This document shows, piece by piece, positions 12,201-27,200 of a DNA stretch of 64,000 bases. Position 1 is the stretch's first letter, and each line of letters starts with the position of its first letter. Position numbers and translations under genes: made by a program. The DNA comes from Phoronis australis (taxonomy: Eukaryota; Animalia; Phoronida). Below the pieces are notes generated by a model that was given only the letters and a program-made list of their open reading frames with translations, ran no database searches and was not told where the DNA came from. Where the stretch lies: NCBI GenBank assembly GCA_002633005.1, contig NMRA01000492.1, forward strand, positions 124,001 through 188,000, read 5' to 3'.

Positions 12201-15200
12201 CGTTAAACTTTTTAAAAATTGTTGGAAGCATGCCTTCTGGTGTTCTACATGACATGATCACAGTGTAAATTTGATTACGGTCTCTGTGGATCATTAAAAA
12301 TTGTGTGTGCCATTCAGTCTGGCCGATTGTGACTCGTTATTTGCACCTGTGTCACGCCCACTGACCCTTTCAGGTAAATAGTATAATGGGCTCTGTGTAG
12401 ACTATGGCAGTCAGTGACCGGGCTTGACATCCTAGGTCGTACAATGACCTTGTATTGAAGTCAGTGCCTAATGGAGGCTGCTGCTGTTGCTGCTGCTGTG
12501 GTTAGCTTAAAACTGCTACTGCAATCAAGAATATTTTGGACTTAGACGTAAGTTGTGCTTTTGGCAATAAACATGTAAGTGACACAGTTGCCATTTAATG
12601 CTTCCGCGTGCAATATGCTGTAATAGTATGGGGCATTGATTAATAAATTCCTTGGGTATCATGGGTTTGATATTGTGAGGTAGAGGAGTCGAACTGGTCA
12701 TTCATTTTTGATTAGATCCATTATCTACTAATGCTCAGTTTGGATGCTGTCTCTCTCTCTCTCGCTCGCTCCCTCCCTCCCTCCCTCCCCCTGTCCCTGT
12801 CCCTGTCTCTGTCTCTCTCTGCGTGTCTCATTTGAGTTCATTTCTCCCTCATTTTGGTTGCCCTACCTTTGAAGTCCTGGATGAACCCCTATTCTCATAT
12901 CTTGCTGCTGGTGTCAGTTTACGTGATTCTGCTTGTTTCTGTGTAGATTGCATGTTCCCATTGTTCTGTTTCTTTGTAGATTGCATGTTCCCATTGTTCT
13001 ATTCTGTTCTGTTCTTTTGTTGCCCCGTCGTTTATTTCTCTGCACAAGGTGGCGTCACATGTCATGGCTGGTGGTCGTCCGTTGCCAAGGTGATGCAGCA
13101 TGGACTGGCATGTCTCACTTGCAAATGGTCATACTTCTCTCCAGCATGCTGTGTTGGCATCATGGAATGTTGTTATGCATGCATGTTTCAAGATGTTATC
13201 TAAATTAAACAAACACAGTAAATTTGGACTCCTTTGTGTCCTTGAATGTTTGTTTTAACATGTATTAGGCTTGTCAGTTTGCATTGCATCAATTGTCAAA
13301 TGATTAAATCCTGATAGTTATGCTGTATGTTCAGTTTTTGAAACATTTTTAAGTTTTTCTATATGTCCGTTATTGTAAAGTTTGCAGCGATCGATTGGGC
13401 GACCTGCGGCCCACCAACGCAACCTCAGATTTTGTTTGTTGACCTGATAAAATCTCCACGAAGTCACCGCACACACACACACATACACATCTGAGCGTAC
13501 TCTCAAAATGCTGCAGGAAGTAGACAGGTGGTATCAGAATTGTTCGTCTAAATTAGAACAGCGAATCGTGATTGCCTGTTTTTCCCTTAGTTGGGAGATG
13601 GGTCTGTGTGGAAAATTGGATCCGAGAAGGTTAATTGCTGTTCTCACAGTGCACAACTAAAAAGGACACCCAGCGGTTCTCTGTTGTCTCGGGGGAAACA
13701 TTTGCCTGGTTCGTTACATCTTCGATTCAGGTATCCTGATCTTTTGTTTTCCACTGCTGCCCACCATGGGTTATTTCGTTGGCCAGGATTTTTACACCTC
13801 TGCGTCTTCCTTGGCGACTTTATTTCCTGTTTGGAGACCTGGGATTTTTGCCAGGTCCCTTTTGCCAGGTAGGAGCTGTCCAAACTGTCAAGCCCTGGTT
13901 TGTGTGCACCATCTGCAAATGGCAGAAACATTGGTTAGTCATGACTACATTGATCACCGAATCCTATTAGAAGCTGGCCTGAGTAGAAGCTGAAGGTTTG
14001 ACTATGCCAAAATTAGCGAAAGCTGTGATGCTTGGTGTGTACTAGAAAGCCATTGTTTGGACCAATGTATTGTAACAAATGGAATCGTTTAAGCTTCTAT
14101 CATAGGCACTAGCATAGGTCGTCGCATTTTATGTTTCCATGGGCAATTTAATTATCACTTAGCAAATATCGACGAGTGTAGAACACTCGGCTCATGAAAG
14201 CTGAACATTTTTATCATCCCCAGACAGATGATGTTCATTTCCTGCGTAGACTGGGAGCACCGATCAAACAATTATTAATTATCATATTTGGCTACGTACA
14301 GTGTTAAGTTAACTCCTTATACAGTTATTGTGGTTTGGTGTGTATGGAAAATGACGAAATACTTGATGCGTTGAGACCTATCCATGTTTGTCAGTGTATC
14401 TTAGTCCATGGGCTACAAATATGCCCTAGATTTGAGCCCCTGTGGGTCAACTGTCCCATAACCATGTCTTTTCTGAAATGACGTGATTTTATACTTCTTA
14501 AGTCACATTTGAAACTATTGTCAGCAATCATGGCATGGGTGAACGAGTAGATGTTTTCCAAAACAATGAGAAGTTTGAAAATCTCATTGCATTAATCTTT
14601 CCTTGACACCTCCAGGTGGGGCTGGTGTCCTCTGTAGGTGTGTGTGTGTTTGTGTTATCACAATGTTCATAGGTATTTGACCTAGTTGATAATACAATGG
14701 TTTCCTGTGACTGGCAGGCTTTTGAAACCAGTGGTCCATGGTCTGTGTGTGAACAAAGCCACTGTCTCATTCAGGCTGTTACCTTTGTGTGGTAGATCAG
14801 CTAGTCATTAGTTTGGAAGCTAGTCTTATTCTCTATGTACAAACTGTTTGACTCCCATTTACCCTGGCTGCTCAAAGCCAAGATTAGACAAGGCTGAATC
14901 ATCTGGTATACAGTTACCTACCTGGATTCTATTTTGTGAGAGGACCAGCTTTGCTATTGTCTGTGGGGCAATGTAGGGATGCATAGTCTGAATTCGTGTG
15001 ATTACAGCGATACTTGGCCAAGGGAAAATAGGCGTAGTCGACCAGTGTCACAGAATCTAGAATCTCTGTGGTCATCCATCAAAAGGCGTGCGTCGTCACT
15101 GAGTCTCTCTGAGCGAGAGAAGAGCAAGCAAGTCCGAAAGTCGGGTTGCTCGTTGCGCGAATTTGAACCGTTCTGGAACTCTTGCAAGGAAGCTAATCTG

Positions 15201-18200
15201 CTGGGAACCAGTCACTTGAATCTACGACTACAGGTTATCTTTATGTTCTGGTTGAAAAATTATCTTTGAAATACGGAGGTGAGCTAGAGGGGTCATTTAG
15301 GAACTCCAGTTTTCAGAAAGTCTAAGATTCCTCTTTGACATTTCAAGTTATCTCATAGATTAGTTGACATTTAAGAATTTCTTGAGGAGTTGTCGTCTTG
15401 ACTTCACACCCTCGACTTTACACCCTCGTTATTTTGTCTAGAATTCTTTTTATTTTCTGTATGACAAGTAACCATTCCCCAGTTTATACATTTGGGTGGA
15501 TGTAGATCAAGTGGAGTTCATTGCTAAGCCTGCATTGTCGGTCAAAACTTGTGCGAAGTATCCACTGACATCAGATTATTTACATAATAGAAATCTTACC
15601 AGCTTGTAATAATTTTGTTGTATAGTTCATCACTGTCCAGTAAGGGGGTTTTGGATTCGCGTGTATCCGAGGCATGTAGCGCCGTGTGGGGAAGGTGGTT
15701 TCCCCCCTGCTGGGTTGTTTCAGTGATGATAAAAAACACGAAGTGGGCTTTTAGTAACCAAAGCAAAATCAACTTACCCGGTAAACAAAACATCGCAACT
15801 GTTGTGACTCTACAGACTCCGATATCGCCGTGGTCAGATTGGTTTGACCTATGATGTTGTTAATTTAGGCATAATTTATTGCCACTTGTATCCGATTTCG
15901 ACCGTTCTGACACTGGTGTGAATACAATGCAGCCGTGCAAATTTTTGGCCGAAGAGTCGCTCGATATTTCGGTTGCCAGTGTCATTCATCTGAATCGGGC
16001 TTTGGTGTGTAGAGATATTTGTCACCACAATCTTAATTCTGATTCAGGTTGGCATTTTTGACCTCGCACGATTGTTGTTGTGCATGCCTTCAGTTCCAGT
16101 GGAGAGTGGGGTTATCGACTGGTACTTCTTCAAAAATTTTATGGCAACAGACTTGCTGAAATGTTGATTTAGGTTGTGACGTGCGGGTAGGCAAGTGGCA
16201 ATGTAATAGTGTTCCTACGGGTCGCTTAGTAACTGTCTTGTCTCTTTGTTCTATCTATGGGGTCAAGCCAAAGATTAACACTGCATATCTGTATTAACAT
16301 TACATAAGGGTATCTCATCGGTGGACATTTATTGTCACTGAAATGTGGAGAGATTTGGCTTTGTGGAGCAAACAGGAAGTAGTTTCTTTCCAGTTTTTAG
16401 TCCTTTACCTTAAGGAGAGTCTATGTTACATGCAAAGAGTTTCTCCGACTGTACTGGTCATTAGTTCAACACCAAGACTTAACTTCCACTCAGATATAAA
16501 CATTTACTATAGAGCTCTTTCTTGAAGTGAAAGCACAAATGTGAATTCTATTTGATCCCCCTATCGAATTTTGTTGGACAGACGGACCTCAGTGGGGTAT
16601 GAGTGAATCATAATTTTTTTCATGTGTGGGATATTTCGCAATATTGGCTTGTTACGTGAGTTGTTTGAAAACTCATCCCTTGACTGGTAAACGGTGATGG
16701 TTGCAGAAAAAAATTTTAAAATTTGCAAAATCCAATTTCCAAGTGCTTTAGATTACCTTCCGTGTCTTGTGAACTAATTCGTTGCAATGTTTAAAGCTAT
16801 GCTTTATCCAGCTTAGCTAGCTAAAAAACAAAATTGAATTGTGCCTTTTAGTGTCACAAAATCGGTCTCGTTATAGTCCTAACCATGACAGAATTGCATT
16901 TCCGTTACTAAGAACATCACTCCTGTCAACAACTCAAGAAAATACTTCAGAGTATATTGAGGTTGGTCGATTACAGAATTGCAAATTTGAAAATAGTACA
17001 TGTTCGCATTGCCTTTGACTGAAATTCTACTTTTCCAAATTTCTCTACGAAAATAAAGATCAAGAAAATTTCAGTCTAGTATTAGCATTGTTTTTAGGGT
17101 GTGGATTTCACAAAACAACATTAGGTAAATTTCTATTTGTAGCGAGGTGATCAGCGTTTAGTGATAATTTTGGCAATTATTTTTATGTGAAATAAGTGAA
17201 AATTGCCGTACTGTGTGTCTGTATTTGTAATTCCTGTAGACTTCTCTGTCCAGGCTGCTAAAGAAAACAAGACAGGCATTATATATGCATGGATAGCTAG
17301 CTGACTGACCTACCATCAATCATATGAATGTCAGCTAAGCCATGTTCACTCTCTCTCTAGACCAGATTACCTTGGTCAGAGTAGTTGTTGTGGTGTGTTT
17401 TAGTCTGAGCTGGGTCACTCTGCTCACTAGACTGGTGAAGGAGGCTTGCTGGGGAAAATCTACACAGCTAGTGGTCGGAGAATGGGGGTAGGTGGAAGTC
17501 TCTCTAGGGCCATGTTGTGCTTGCTGTTTAACAGTTATTGTGTGCTTGGACAGGATTAGTGGATTGTGGTCAATGGACAGCTGGTGTGTGGAGTGTAGTG
17601 AAACCATTGGTTGGGCAAATTTGTTCAACCTGTGTGTAGTTGTAGTGGTATTGGTTTCTTTGGTCTGCCAAGATTTCGTCAAAGGTCCAAATGGAGTTGG
17701 TCAGTTTTCTTGGTCTCCTCAGTTTCTGCAAAAACTTTTTACATGCCAAAAATTTGGATGAAATTAATCTTCTGGAGTTTGGTCGTGGGGTATGGAGCAT
17801 ATTTGATGCATGGGTTTTGTTTAGGGTCGCTGATTTGGAACGTGGATGCGTAAATTTGGTTTGTGTCGTTCTGTCCTCTGCAATACCTGTCAACATTTTT
17901 TTAAATATTCAGATCATAATTGCCTAACCTTTCCTTTTTATTGTGGGTTTGTCGATGAATTAGCTTCAGATATTCACTATACTAGTGCGACATCTTTGTT
18001 GGCAAGTGGTGTGTTGAATGTGCAAACCAGGTCCATGTAACCAATACCAGTCCGATATCCTTCTCTGCTTTAGAATGTTCATGAGTTCAATGGCAGGGTT
18101 GAGATAGTTTTATCACTCCCAGCATCCTTATTGACATTCCATCACAGAGAAACTGCTGATGACTCAGTTTGTGTTCTTAATTACAACACAGTCAGTCCTG

Positions 18201-21200
18201 GTTATGTGCAGTTGACTGTGAGCTGGATTGTCATCTTGGGAATATCTGTGGAAGTGATCTCTGTGTAAGTGGAGTCAGGGATGAGCCTAGTCTTGTGTAT
18301 GGGATTGCCCTGCCCAAGAGTGCATCCTCTTTGTTCAGGGGTGAACAAACTCGCAGAAAGCAAGATCGCGTACCGGGAAACAGGCCCACCCCAAAGTGCG
18401 CCCATTGGTGTATTTTCGATAACTGTTTGTGTGCTTTGAAAATCTGAAACACACATGTATTATGTTTTGTTGTGGAATTTTGTTGATCACAACTTCACTC
18501 AAATGTCTATTATTTTATGAGATAATGGGTGACTTTGTTGGTAACTAACCATGTTAGCACAGTTTGAAGGGCCGTTTCAATGACAGTTTCCAAACATACG
18601 CTTCCCTTTCCAAAATACACCCTGGTGTATATTCGGTTTCATTTGCTGCTTTTGAAAGGTCATTTTCCGAAGGTCTGCCCATGGGCCTATTTTGAGAAAT
18701 CTCGGGTGAAAGTCGAGTGTTTTGCAACCATAATTGAATCCTTACTAGCGTACCCCAGCAAAACAGCGACCACTGAAGTGAATGGTCAATGAGATTACAG
18801 TTCACTGCATCTGTTCCATACGGGAGGACTAGTGGTTCATTAGTGTCTTATGTCTAGGGAACTCCCCCCAGATTACTGTTTTTGTACTGGTATTGGGACT
18901 CTGGCAACTGCCTACCACCAGAACTGTGCTGTAATTGCCAAGTACCTGTTCAACTGGTTGGAAATATGATAGCATCCACTGGCTATATCTTGTCAATGGC
19001 TTTTGGCCTGGATTGGCATATGCGTGTGTTTCACTGAAAGGTTGCCTAAATATCGTATCTATCAGTATCTACTGTATTTTTTATGTAAGTCAGGTTTGTC
19101 TGTCAGAATCCAACATCTTGTCATTGGTTAAAGGCATGTGCGGATGTCGATGGAAGCATTTTAGCCAGTAAATAAATTTAGAGTAGGATTTGAAAGCGTG
19201 TATTTCTGCTTCAGGCACTCATTTCCATTCATGATTATTAAAAGCCAGAATAAAAATAACTGTCCTATGATTGTCTTCACAACTCTGTTCACATTGGTTT
19301 GAATTACTGAATGTGAACTTAATGTTTCGACTATAAGCCAATTTAAGAAATTATTAAGAGTTTCCTTCCTTCTTAAGCCTAGACATGAAATAAGTTGGTT
19401 AGCTAGATTATAAACTGGCATAAAGTTTTTCTTGCCATGAGTGCAAATTTGTGTTTCTGGTATCAATGATACAAAACTGAGAGTTCATCTACCATTGGCA
19501 TGAAGTAGTTTCCACAAGGCTGGTCAACATTTTTCAAACTGATGACGTATGTTCGTTTCTTCTTGTCTAGATGTTCTATTTGTGGATGATAATCATTTGC
19601 TTCGATTGCATGGATAAGTTGGAGGCAAATCTTGTGTGATAGAGTAACTTGGATTATAATTTTAGAGTGAGGAGAAAGTTTCCTTTTTAGTTACAAGTAA
19701 TGTGTCAATGCCGCGGAGAAAAGTAGATTTCCGAGATCATCATAATGCGGAATTGAACCCGTTACAACCTCGGCAGTCGTGGTTCACTTGATGCTATGCG
19801 AAGTATTTTTAAGAATATTCAACTGGTGACGCCACCGGTCTTGAATTCTAGGAATGACCGACAGACAATGGCGAGAATTATTGATTTGTAATAAAACCAT
19901 CAAAAACAAGGCAAAGCTAATAATTCAAGATGTCAAATTAAACAATAAACCCAGAATGCTTTGTGGGGCTGTAAAACCTGATAATGCCCCCTTTAAGTAC
20001 CATTATTGTCTTGCCCAATATGACTTAAAGATCAGATAAGATTTGTCTTCCTCTACTCTGACTCCAGGGATATACTTAGCCACTCGCCCAGTCGCCAGTG
20101 CGAGTAAAAATGGTGTTAGGCGAGTAGAAGTTGACTTGCCGGTCGCCCAGGTGGCGAGTGAATTTTCAGAGCGCAAAAACGCAATCGTTTCCCAGGTGAA
20201 CATGAATAAATTTTCTCCCTGTGCTGTTTTTATCATCATGAATTTAAGGTTCAGTTTAGTCAGTGTGTCGATGCTCCATCAGTAAACATCGGCGCAGTGC
20301 GATCCTACCGATTCAGTAGATGTCAACCGTTACGCGATTTGTCTTTGTATATAATGGCGAATTTTCAAAATGCATTAACCACTAATTTTTGTTAAAAACA
20401 ACACCACGGCGGTATTCAGCTGGAAAAAAAGCAACCAAGTACGGTTTTCGATTTTTAAAAATCTATGTACTAATAACTAAAAACTACAACCATTGGGTAC
20501 GATTGAAGATAAACTACCACGCATATTGATATACTCGGTGGACACGCTGATCAGAGTTAACAATATCACATGGATTCATTTTATGATATTCTATCAATCT
20601 CGTTTGACCAGGAAACAGTTGTTGTGCCCACTTTTCATTTTTTATTACTGACAAAGAGCTAGAATAGTTATATAGTCAGTGCCACCGAAATTGTCCAGAG
20701 ATTCCAAATCTTCAGTTTGGTTATCACCATATTTGTACTTTTGTATATATTTTATGATTTGAGTTCTAATAAAGATTAAACTTTAATGACACGTGAAACG
20801 TTTAGTGTACCTGTATTGTGGTAAGTTTAGGGATGGGCTCACAATGAACTTAACTAATTGAGTTTAGCTGGCGATCAAAATCTACCATTGTTTTGGTACT
20901 TCAAGCTTAAAACTTAGATATAAAGTTATCAACCCATTCCCGTTAAAAAAAAATAAAAAAAATAAAGAAAACCAATATGAAACTTATCGTTCCTTTGTGG
21001 TAATTGTCCCTTTGTGAAGATAAACACAAGTTAACCTTTTTAGTCATTTTGTAATATTTATAATGTACCAAGTTAAAACTTCTCTCTAGAGTTGCAGGCT
21101 ATAACTCTATAACTCTGCAAATGCCAGAGAAAACCAAATTGGGGGTACTAACAACAACCATTGCTGAGACAGTAATGCTAGCTATTACCTTTCCACTTCA

Positions 21201-24200
21201 TTAGCTCAGATCTACATCAATACAAAGGGCGTGCTGAATAGGCATCCTAAAAGTTGTCTGGGGCTTAGGGAATCGGAGCCATCACTAGTGTAAGCGAGAA
21301 ATTCTCCATGTTGGCCATGTGAGCCCATGCTAATTCAGTGTTTGCTGACAGAAAGCTGTTGTGAAACGATATTTCGATTGTATATCCTATGGTCAGATGT
21401 TAGTGGAATCTTTATTTAGATATTCATATACATTATTGGAATCATTGTTACTGTACAACTTTTGCCCTGATGGTTTTGCTATGGAAGGGTATCCTGACTT
21501 CGCTGCCCCCGATGAACTAGTAAGTAGATTTGCAGTTTTGTGTCTTAATTCACCAAAATAATCATGTGCACTTTATTTCTTTGGCTCACTAGTATAGTCT
21601 TTTCGTGACTGGAAGTTTAATTTCTAACTTTGGCTGGTTTCTGTTCGCGATGTCTTCAGGCCGGCCGCAACGAGCCTGATCGGGTTCCGAGCCACTGGCC
21701 GGGATAACAAGCATTTTGTCTGTTTAGAACTGAAAAAATCGCAAGTCTCAAATTAGAACACACAGCTATGTTCTCATGTCCCGCGACCGACCTTGGTAAA
21801 TTGGCCGACCGAACTTTGTAGGCTACGGTACATTCCAATACCTATAAATCCGTAACAGCGAAATAAAGCAACACATTTCTTCAATAACTTGATGTATTTG
21901 TAAGGGCTTTACGTCGAAGTTTGTTGATTTTTTGGTGTAAAACAATGAATTCAACTGATAGGCTGACACCAGTAAGCGTGTTGTGAACTGCTGAACAGAT
22001 TGCGTTCGAACCTCTGACGTCATCGGTTAATTTCAACACCTCCGTCTTGCCCTCTTGTGTCAGGTAAAAGAACCGTACTTGCTGTTATCGAGTGGAACTA
22101 CTTGATCTAAATTGATACAAAGTAGGTTGTTTCTTGGGTGGCATTCTCCTTTAAGGAAGATTTCAGGTAATTTTTTGAGTCAAAACTGTATTTTTACTCA
22201 AGAATTCAAGTTGCCCTAACGACGATCGCGAGGCAGCGGCGCATCAGTCGGCAAGTTTTCGCCATGGGATTTCACCACATTTTACAAAAAGATCGTAATT
22301 TAACTACAAAGTTTGATAGCAATGCGCTACAGTTTTGTAGAAAGTCTGTCATAGGTTACAGATACGTCAGAGCTCGTAAATTTGATTTCACCTGATGTCG
22401 AAGACTGGGTTTCAACCGCCTTGGGCTACAGCAAGCGCCCCCCTTCCGAAATGAACTTTTCTAAGCACCCTGGGCAAATACGGTAGCCCCAACGCTCAAA
22501 ACAATGATTTTTATTAACCCTGGCAGCAAGTTGGTGGTGACATGCAAACGGCCGGGCGACTGAATTTCGGGCTGGGCGAGTAGATTTTCTGGCTCACTCA
22601 CCCATCTGGCGAGCAGGGTTTTGAAACTTGGGTATATCCCTGCTCTGGCATGACTTGATTGGCATTTGGCCATACACCATACTGTAGATTGTTGACATTG
22701 ACCTGTCATGTCTACAGTCACATACCTCAGCTGTGGCCATCAATGGTCACTGGCCTGGCTTATATCTCTGTTGTGTATTGTGCTTGGATGGCTCTAGTCT
22801 AATTAACTTTCTCACTGACAGCCAAGCCAGTTGTTGATTTGTTGATTGGTGTATTTGACCCAGGGGTGACCCCACAAACAAACCATTGGGCTGGGTGTGT
22901 ATTGGCCTGGGAGGAAGTGCACATTCCAGCTGTAAAGTCTGCTTGGTGGAAGGAAATGTTGGGAGTTGTCAACTAGATAAGGCAGCTTCATGTTCAGAGC
23001 AAGTATATCTTGTAAGTGATGGTCTTTAAATTATGTTTGTATGGCCAGAATTAAATTTCATATATTGCGTGTGTCTGCTCATTGTAGCTATGTTCTTATG
23101 GTTATCTAAGTTATGATTACTATATTTTCCTGGTTATTTCTGTACGTAAGCAATGGCTTGAGCATAAACTTAGTATGGATGAGGTTAATTGCCTGAATAT
23201 GATTTCATGGATATGTGCTCCTTGTTCCAGTTTGTTATAGCTGCCAAGGAAAAAATTAGGGCATAGCTTGAAGATTGCTTTATTCCAACTTAGATATGGT
23301 AAAGTTGTTTTCTTCAGAGAAATGTTGTCTGTTTCGAAGTTGTTTCGTGTCAATTTCGTTATATTCTATTATCATGACAGGTATTTCGAATCTTTTCTAT
23401 AAAAATTGAATTAACGAATAATAATTTCAGACTTGTTTTTTCTGAAATTTGTGCTCAATGTCTGAAATTCTTGCCAATTTTTGCTCCTAGCCTCAATACA
23501 TGTGATAAAAATTTAATTAAGTTATATGCGATTATGCCAAAACTAAGCAACAGAATAAATACAACTGCGATTCATCTAATCGACACACAGTCTTTGGATT
23601 TTGTGACCAGCTTAAAGTGTCACAGCTTGCAGTTTGAATAATTTTTACAATTAATGTCTAATGTTCCAAGTATCTCACCTGAAATATGCCAAATGAACTA
23701 AAAACATCAAAGTCACGAAACATAACATTTCCTTTTAAGTTTCATACGTGTTGGTTGTTGATTTGAATTTGGTACTGACTAATATTGAAATTCAAACACC
23801 TGAAACGTTTGACCTAGATACCTGGTGACTCATTCATAAATTATATGGTAGGTGTTTGTTGAATAGTGTGATCCTGTGGTTGACAGTATAAACCAGACAC
23901 TAGTGTGGGTATACCTCTTGTACCAGTTGTAATTTGTTAGCACTATTATCTCTGCAGGAGTGGCTGTTGAGATGTCTGAACCCATTTAGGCTGATCAACA
24001 AACCTCTAGAGTGGATTGGACAAGCTAATTCAAATACACTCCAGCACTAGTCAGAGTTAAAACACTTAAAAATTAGGGCTACATCATCTCTAGGGACTGA
24101 CAGCATTAGATGAATTGTTTTCAGTCACAATTTTATTCTGGCTTTGAATGTGTTGGATTGTATGAGCCTTCCGTGGTCATCATCTAGAGGGCAATGTAGT

Positions 24201-27200
24201 TGGAGATCCTTGAGGTCTTTAACCACGTTGCTGGACCAGTGCAACTTGTAGAAAGTTTAATTGAAGCTATTTGGCGTACAATTTGAATGATCATTTTATT
24301 AACAGATAAGACAAACCAACCAATGAGTTTGCGTTATGTAAATAGATAAATCTTTCAGGTGTATTGAGCAGCGCTTGGGAAACGTAGCACTGACTCCTAC
24401 ACAGATTAAAGTACAACTGTTTGCAGTTTGTTGCCAGCAAATCAAGGTAAAGCCTTAAACATCTAGTTGTAGCGTCTGACTTGGGGAAATTGCGATGTGG
24501 TGCCCATTTCAGATTGTCTTTACCTTTGATGAATTAATGCCAAATTCACGAGTGGTTTATTGCTTTCATGCTTTGTGTTTGCTGGTATGTGGCCTAACTT
24601 TTTGGGCAACTATGTAACTCTTGGAGACAGGCTGACAACTTTATTCTTCCCTGGAAGCCACCTGGCCTTCTGAGCAGCTCGGTTACATAATGAACATCAG
24701 CTGCCTTTTAGAGGTCTGTTTTGATTGAAGTACTTGGCACTTCTGCTTGACTGTTTTTAATAAGAGCAGGGGAAATCTGTACCTCTGAAGTCTATCTAGA
24801 TTTACCAAGCTCTGTGCTCTCTTGATCCTAATCAGTTAAGCTTCCTTTTGAGAGTTGTTAGATGATGCCTTTTCCTCAAGGGCCACTCGTGTTAAAAACA
24901 GTTTTTGTATGGGTCTGTTTTCCTTCACATGAAGAGAATGGACTTGTGGTGTATTTAAAGGAAAACTGCTCATGGCCCTGTTATATATTCCTTTATTTAG
25001 AGAGTGCATTTAAAGGAATACTGCTCGTAGCCCCAATGCCATTTTAGCCTGACGAATGTAAGACCGCAATTACAAATTAAACAAAAATTGCATACCACAG
25101 CTGCAGTCTTCTCTGATAGCTAGAGAGGAGCAAAGGCATGTTCTTAATTGTCATGAGTAGTATTACTTTGAAATGGTGATTTGTATTACAATTGAATACT
25201 TCATTACACGCCATTGTTTTGGGCAAAACCTAAAACTGCAGGCATTGTCTTGCTTCGAGAGGTGTCATTTCCCAGTTTCATTTGTCATTGGAGAGCAGGA
25301 TTGCTTTCCGTAAACACAAAGCACTCTCAAAAAATTGAGTTAACGGAAAATCACACAAGTAAAGCCAAAAGTTTTACGAGTCCTCAGGACCTTACTAGTG
25401 TATACACTAGCAAAATGGCAGTCTTTGAAGTGATTAGTTGGCGAGGCTGTTTTGTTGAATTATGGGACATGAGTTCTGGGGTTTTGTTTCACAAGTGGAG
25501 ATTTCTTGCCAGGCCCCAAGCCTGCACGGACTTATAAATAATTGGTTCTGAGGGAGATTTTGTGTTATCGACTGAGCTCTGAACTTTGCGCAGTTCATGC
25601 TCTTTGAAAGCATGCAAATAAGAATCTTAGATTGGGATAATCTTAGGATTTCAAGTCTTACCTTGAGGTTGCAAGTATACCTTGGCTTAGTGTTGGCAAA
25701 ATACCATGTGCTTTTGTAGTACAGGCGTCCCACACGTTGCAATTATATTATCTAGTCTGCTGTGGAGGAACTTTAATACTTTAATTTAAAATCCTATTTA
25801 AAAAATTTATCAGCTTCTGATACTATGTTGTGGTTGACATGTCCTTTGGCAAGGGTATTACACACTGTAGCTGATGCTGTGACAACAGTTTTTTTAACAT
25901 GAAGATGTTAGTTAGGTAATAGGGTTTGGTACATTGTTTTCCTGAGTAAACTAAAGTGTAGTTTTTGCACAAAAGTTATCATGGGTTAATTACACATATA
26001 GCCATGGACTATAACTGTAACTTTAGTTCATGGTCTGTGATTGGGCACACTATTGACTGCAAAGTCACTATTCACTAACGGCACCTGGTGTGAGTGACAA
26101 TTTTCCTTTCGAAAACTAAGTTGTCGAATTCCATATGAAAAAAGTTGCGAGACTGCTGTCTAGTGTTGTCCACACAAACAGACTTGCCCTAGAACATGTT
26201 ACTTCTGGAAAGAGTTGTTGCTAGGTTTGAGTTCTGTCTGGGTGCTATTTAAACTAGCGCAACTTACCCCACTTGTGAAAAGTTATACCACATTATGGAG
26301 GTGGGTAACTTGTTCCAGGGTAAATTGTGCCACTTCTAATTCCTGTGTGGCTGCAAACATGGGGCAAGCCAGAAGTAATTATCAGCAGGGGTTACATACA
26401 GATGGGTTTTCTTTTGTGCACCCTACTCGTGTGTTTTGCGTGCGTGCATGTGTGTGTGGTCGTTCCTCTTAAAAGTGGGGTACAATAAAACCTCACCAGT
26501 TTCGGACAAAAATAATTGCCAAAAATAGAACATTGTTCACTTTTCACAGGCTTCAAACACTGTTGTGAATCAATGATCTCATTTTTTCAAAATATCGTCC
26601 GTTGGTAGCCATGTTACAGAACTTGAAAATGGCAGAGCATCATTTTGGCACTGCATTATTTCTGGACATATGAGAAAATAAAATTTCATCCATTCGCTAT
26701 ATTGTGTATTAACTGTTGAAAGTTTACCGTAAGTTGCACTTGTGCAGGCTGTGTGTGGACGGGACCTATGGGCTATGATATGACTCAAATGTGCTGTTTA
26801 AAAAGGAATCATTTTATCCACCTACTACCAGTGTTCTTCCTCCACATGTTCATGCAAGATGTAGAAAAGTGCTGAGCCATGTTTGGAAATCTTCAACTAC
26901 TGTTTGTAAACTACAATAAGCAAGCTCTGAACCATGTTCAAAGTCTTGAACCATGTTTGTAGCAAGCTCTGAAGCATGTTCAAAATCTTGAGCCATGCTT
27001 GTAAACTAAGCAAGCTGTGTACAGTGTCTAAAATCATGAGCCATGTTTGTAAGCTAATGTGTAAATCCAGAGCCATGTTTGTAAACTAAGCTAGCTCTCT
27101 ACCATGTTTAAAATCTTGAGCCATGCTTGTAAACTAAGCAAGCTAATGTTTAAAATCATGAGTCGTGTTTGTAAAGCCTGAGCTTTTCAGCTTTAAAATG

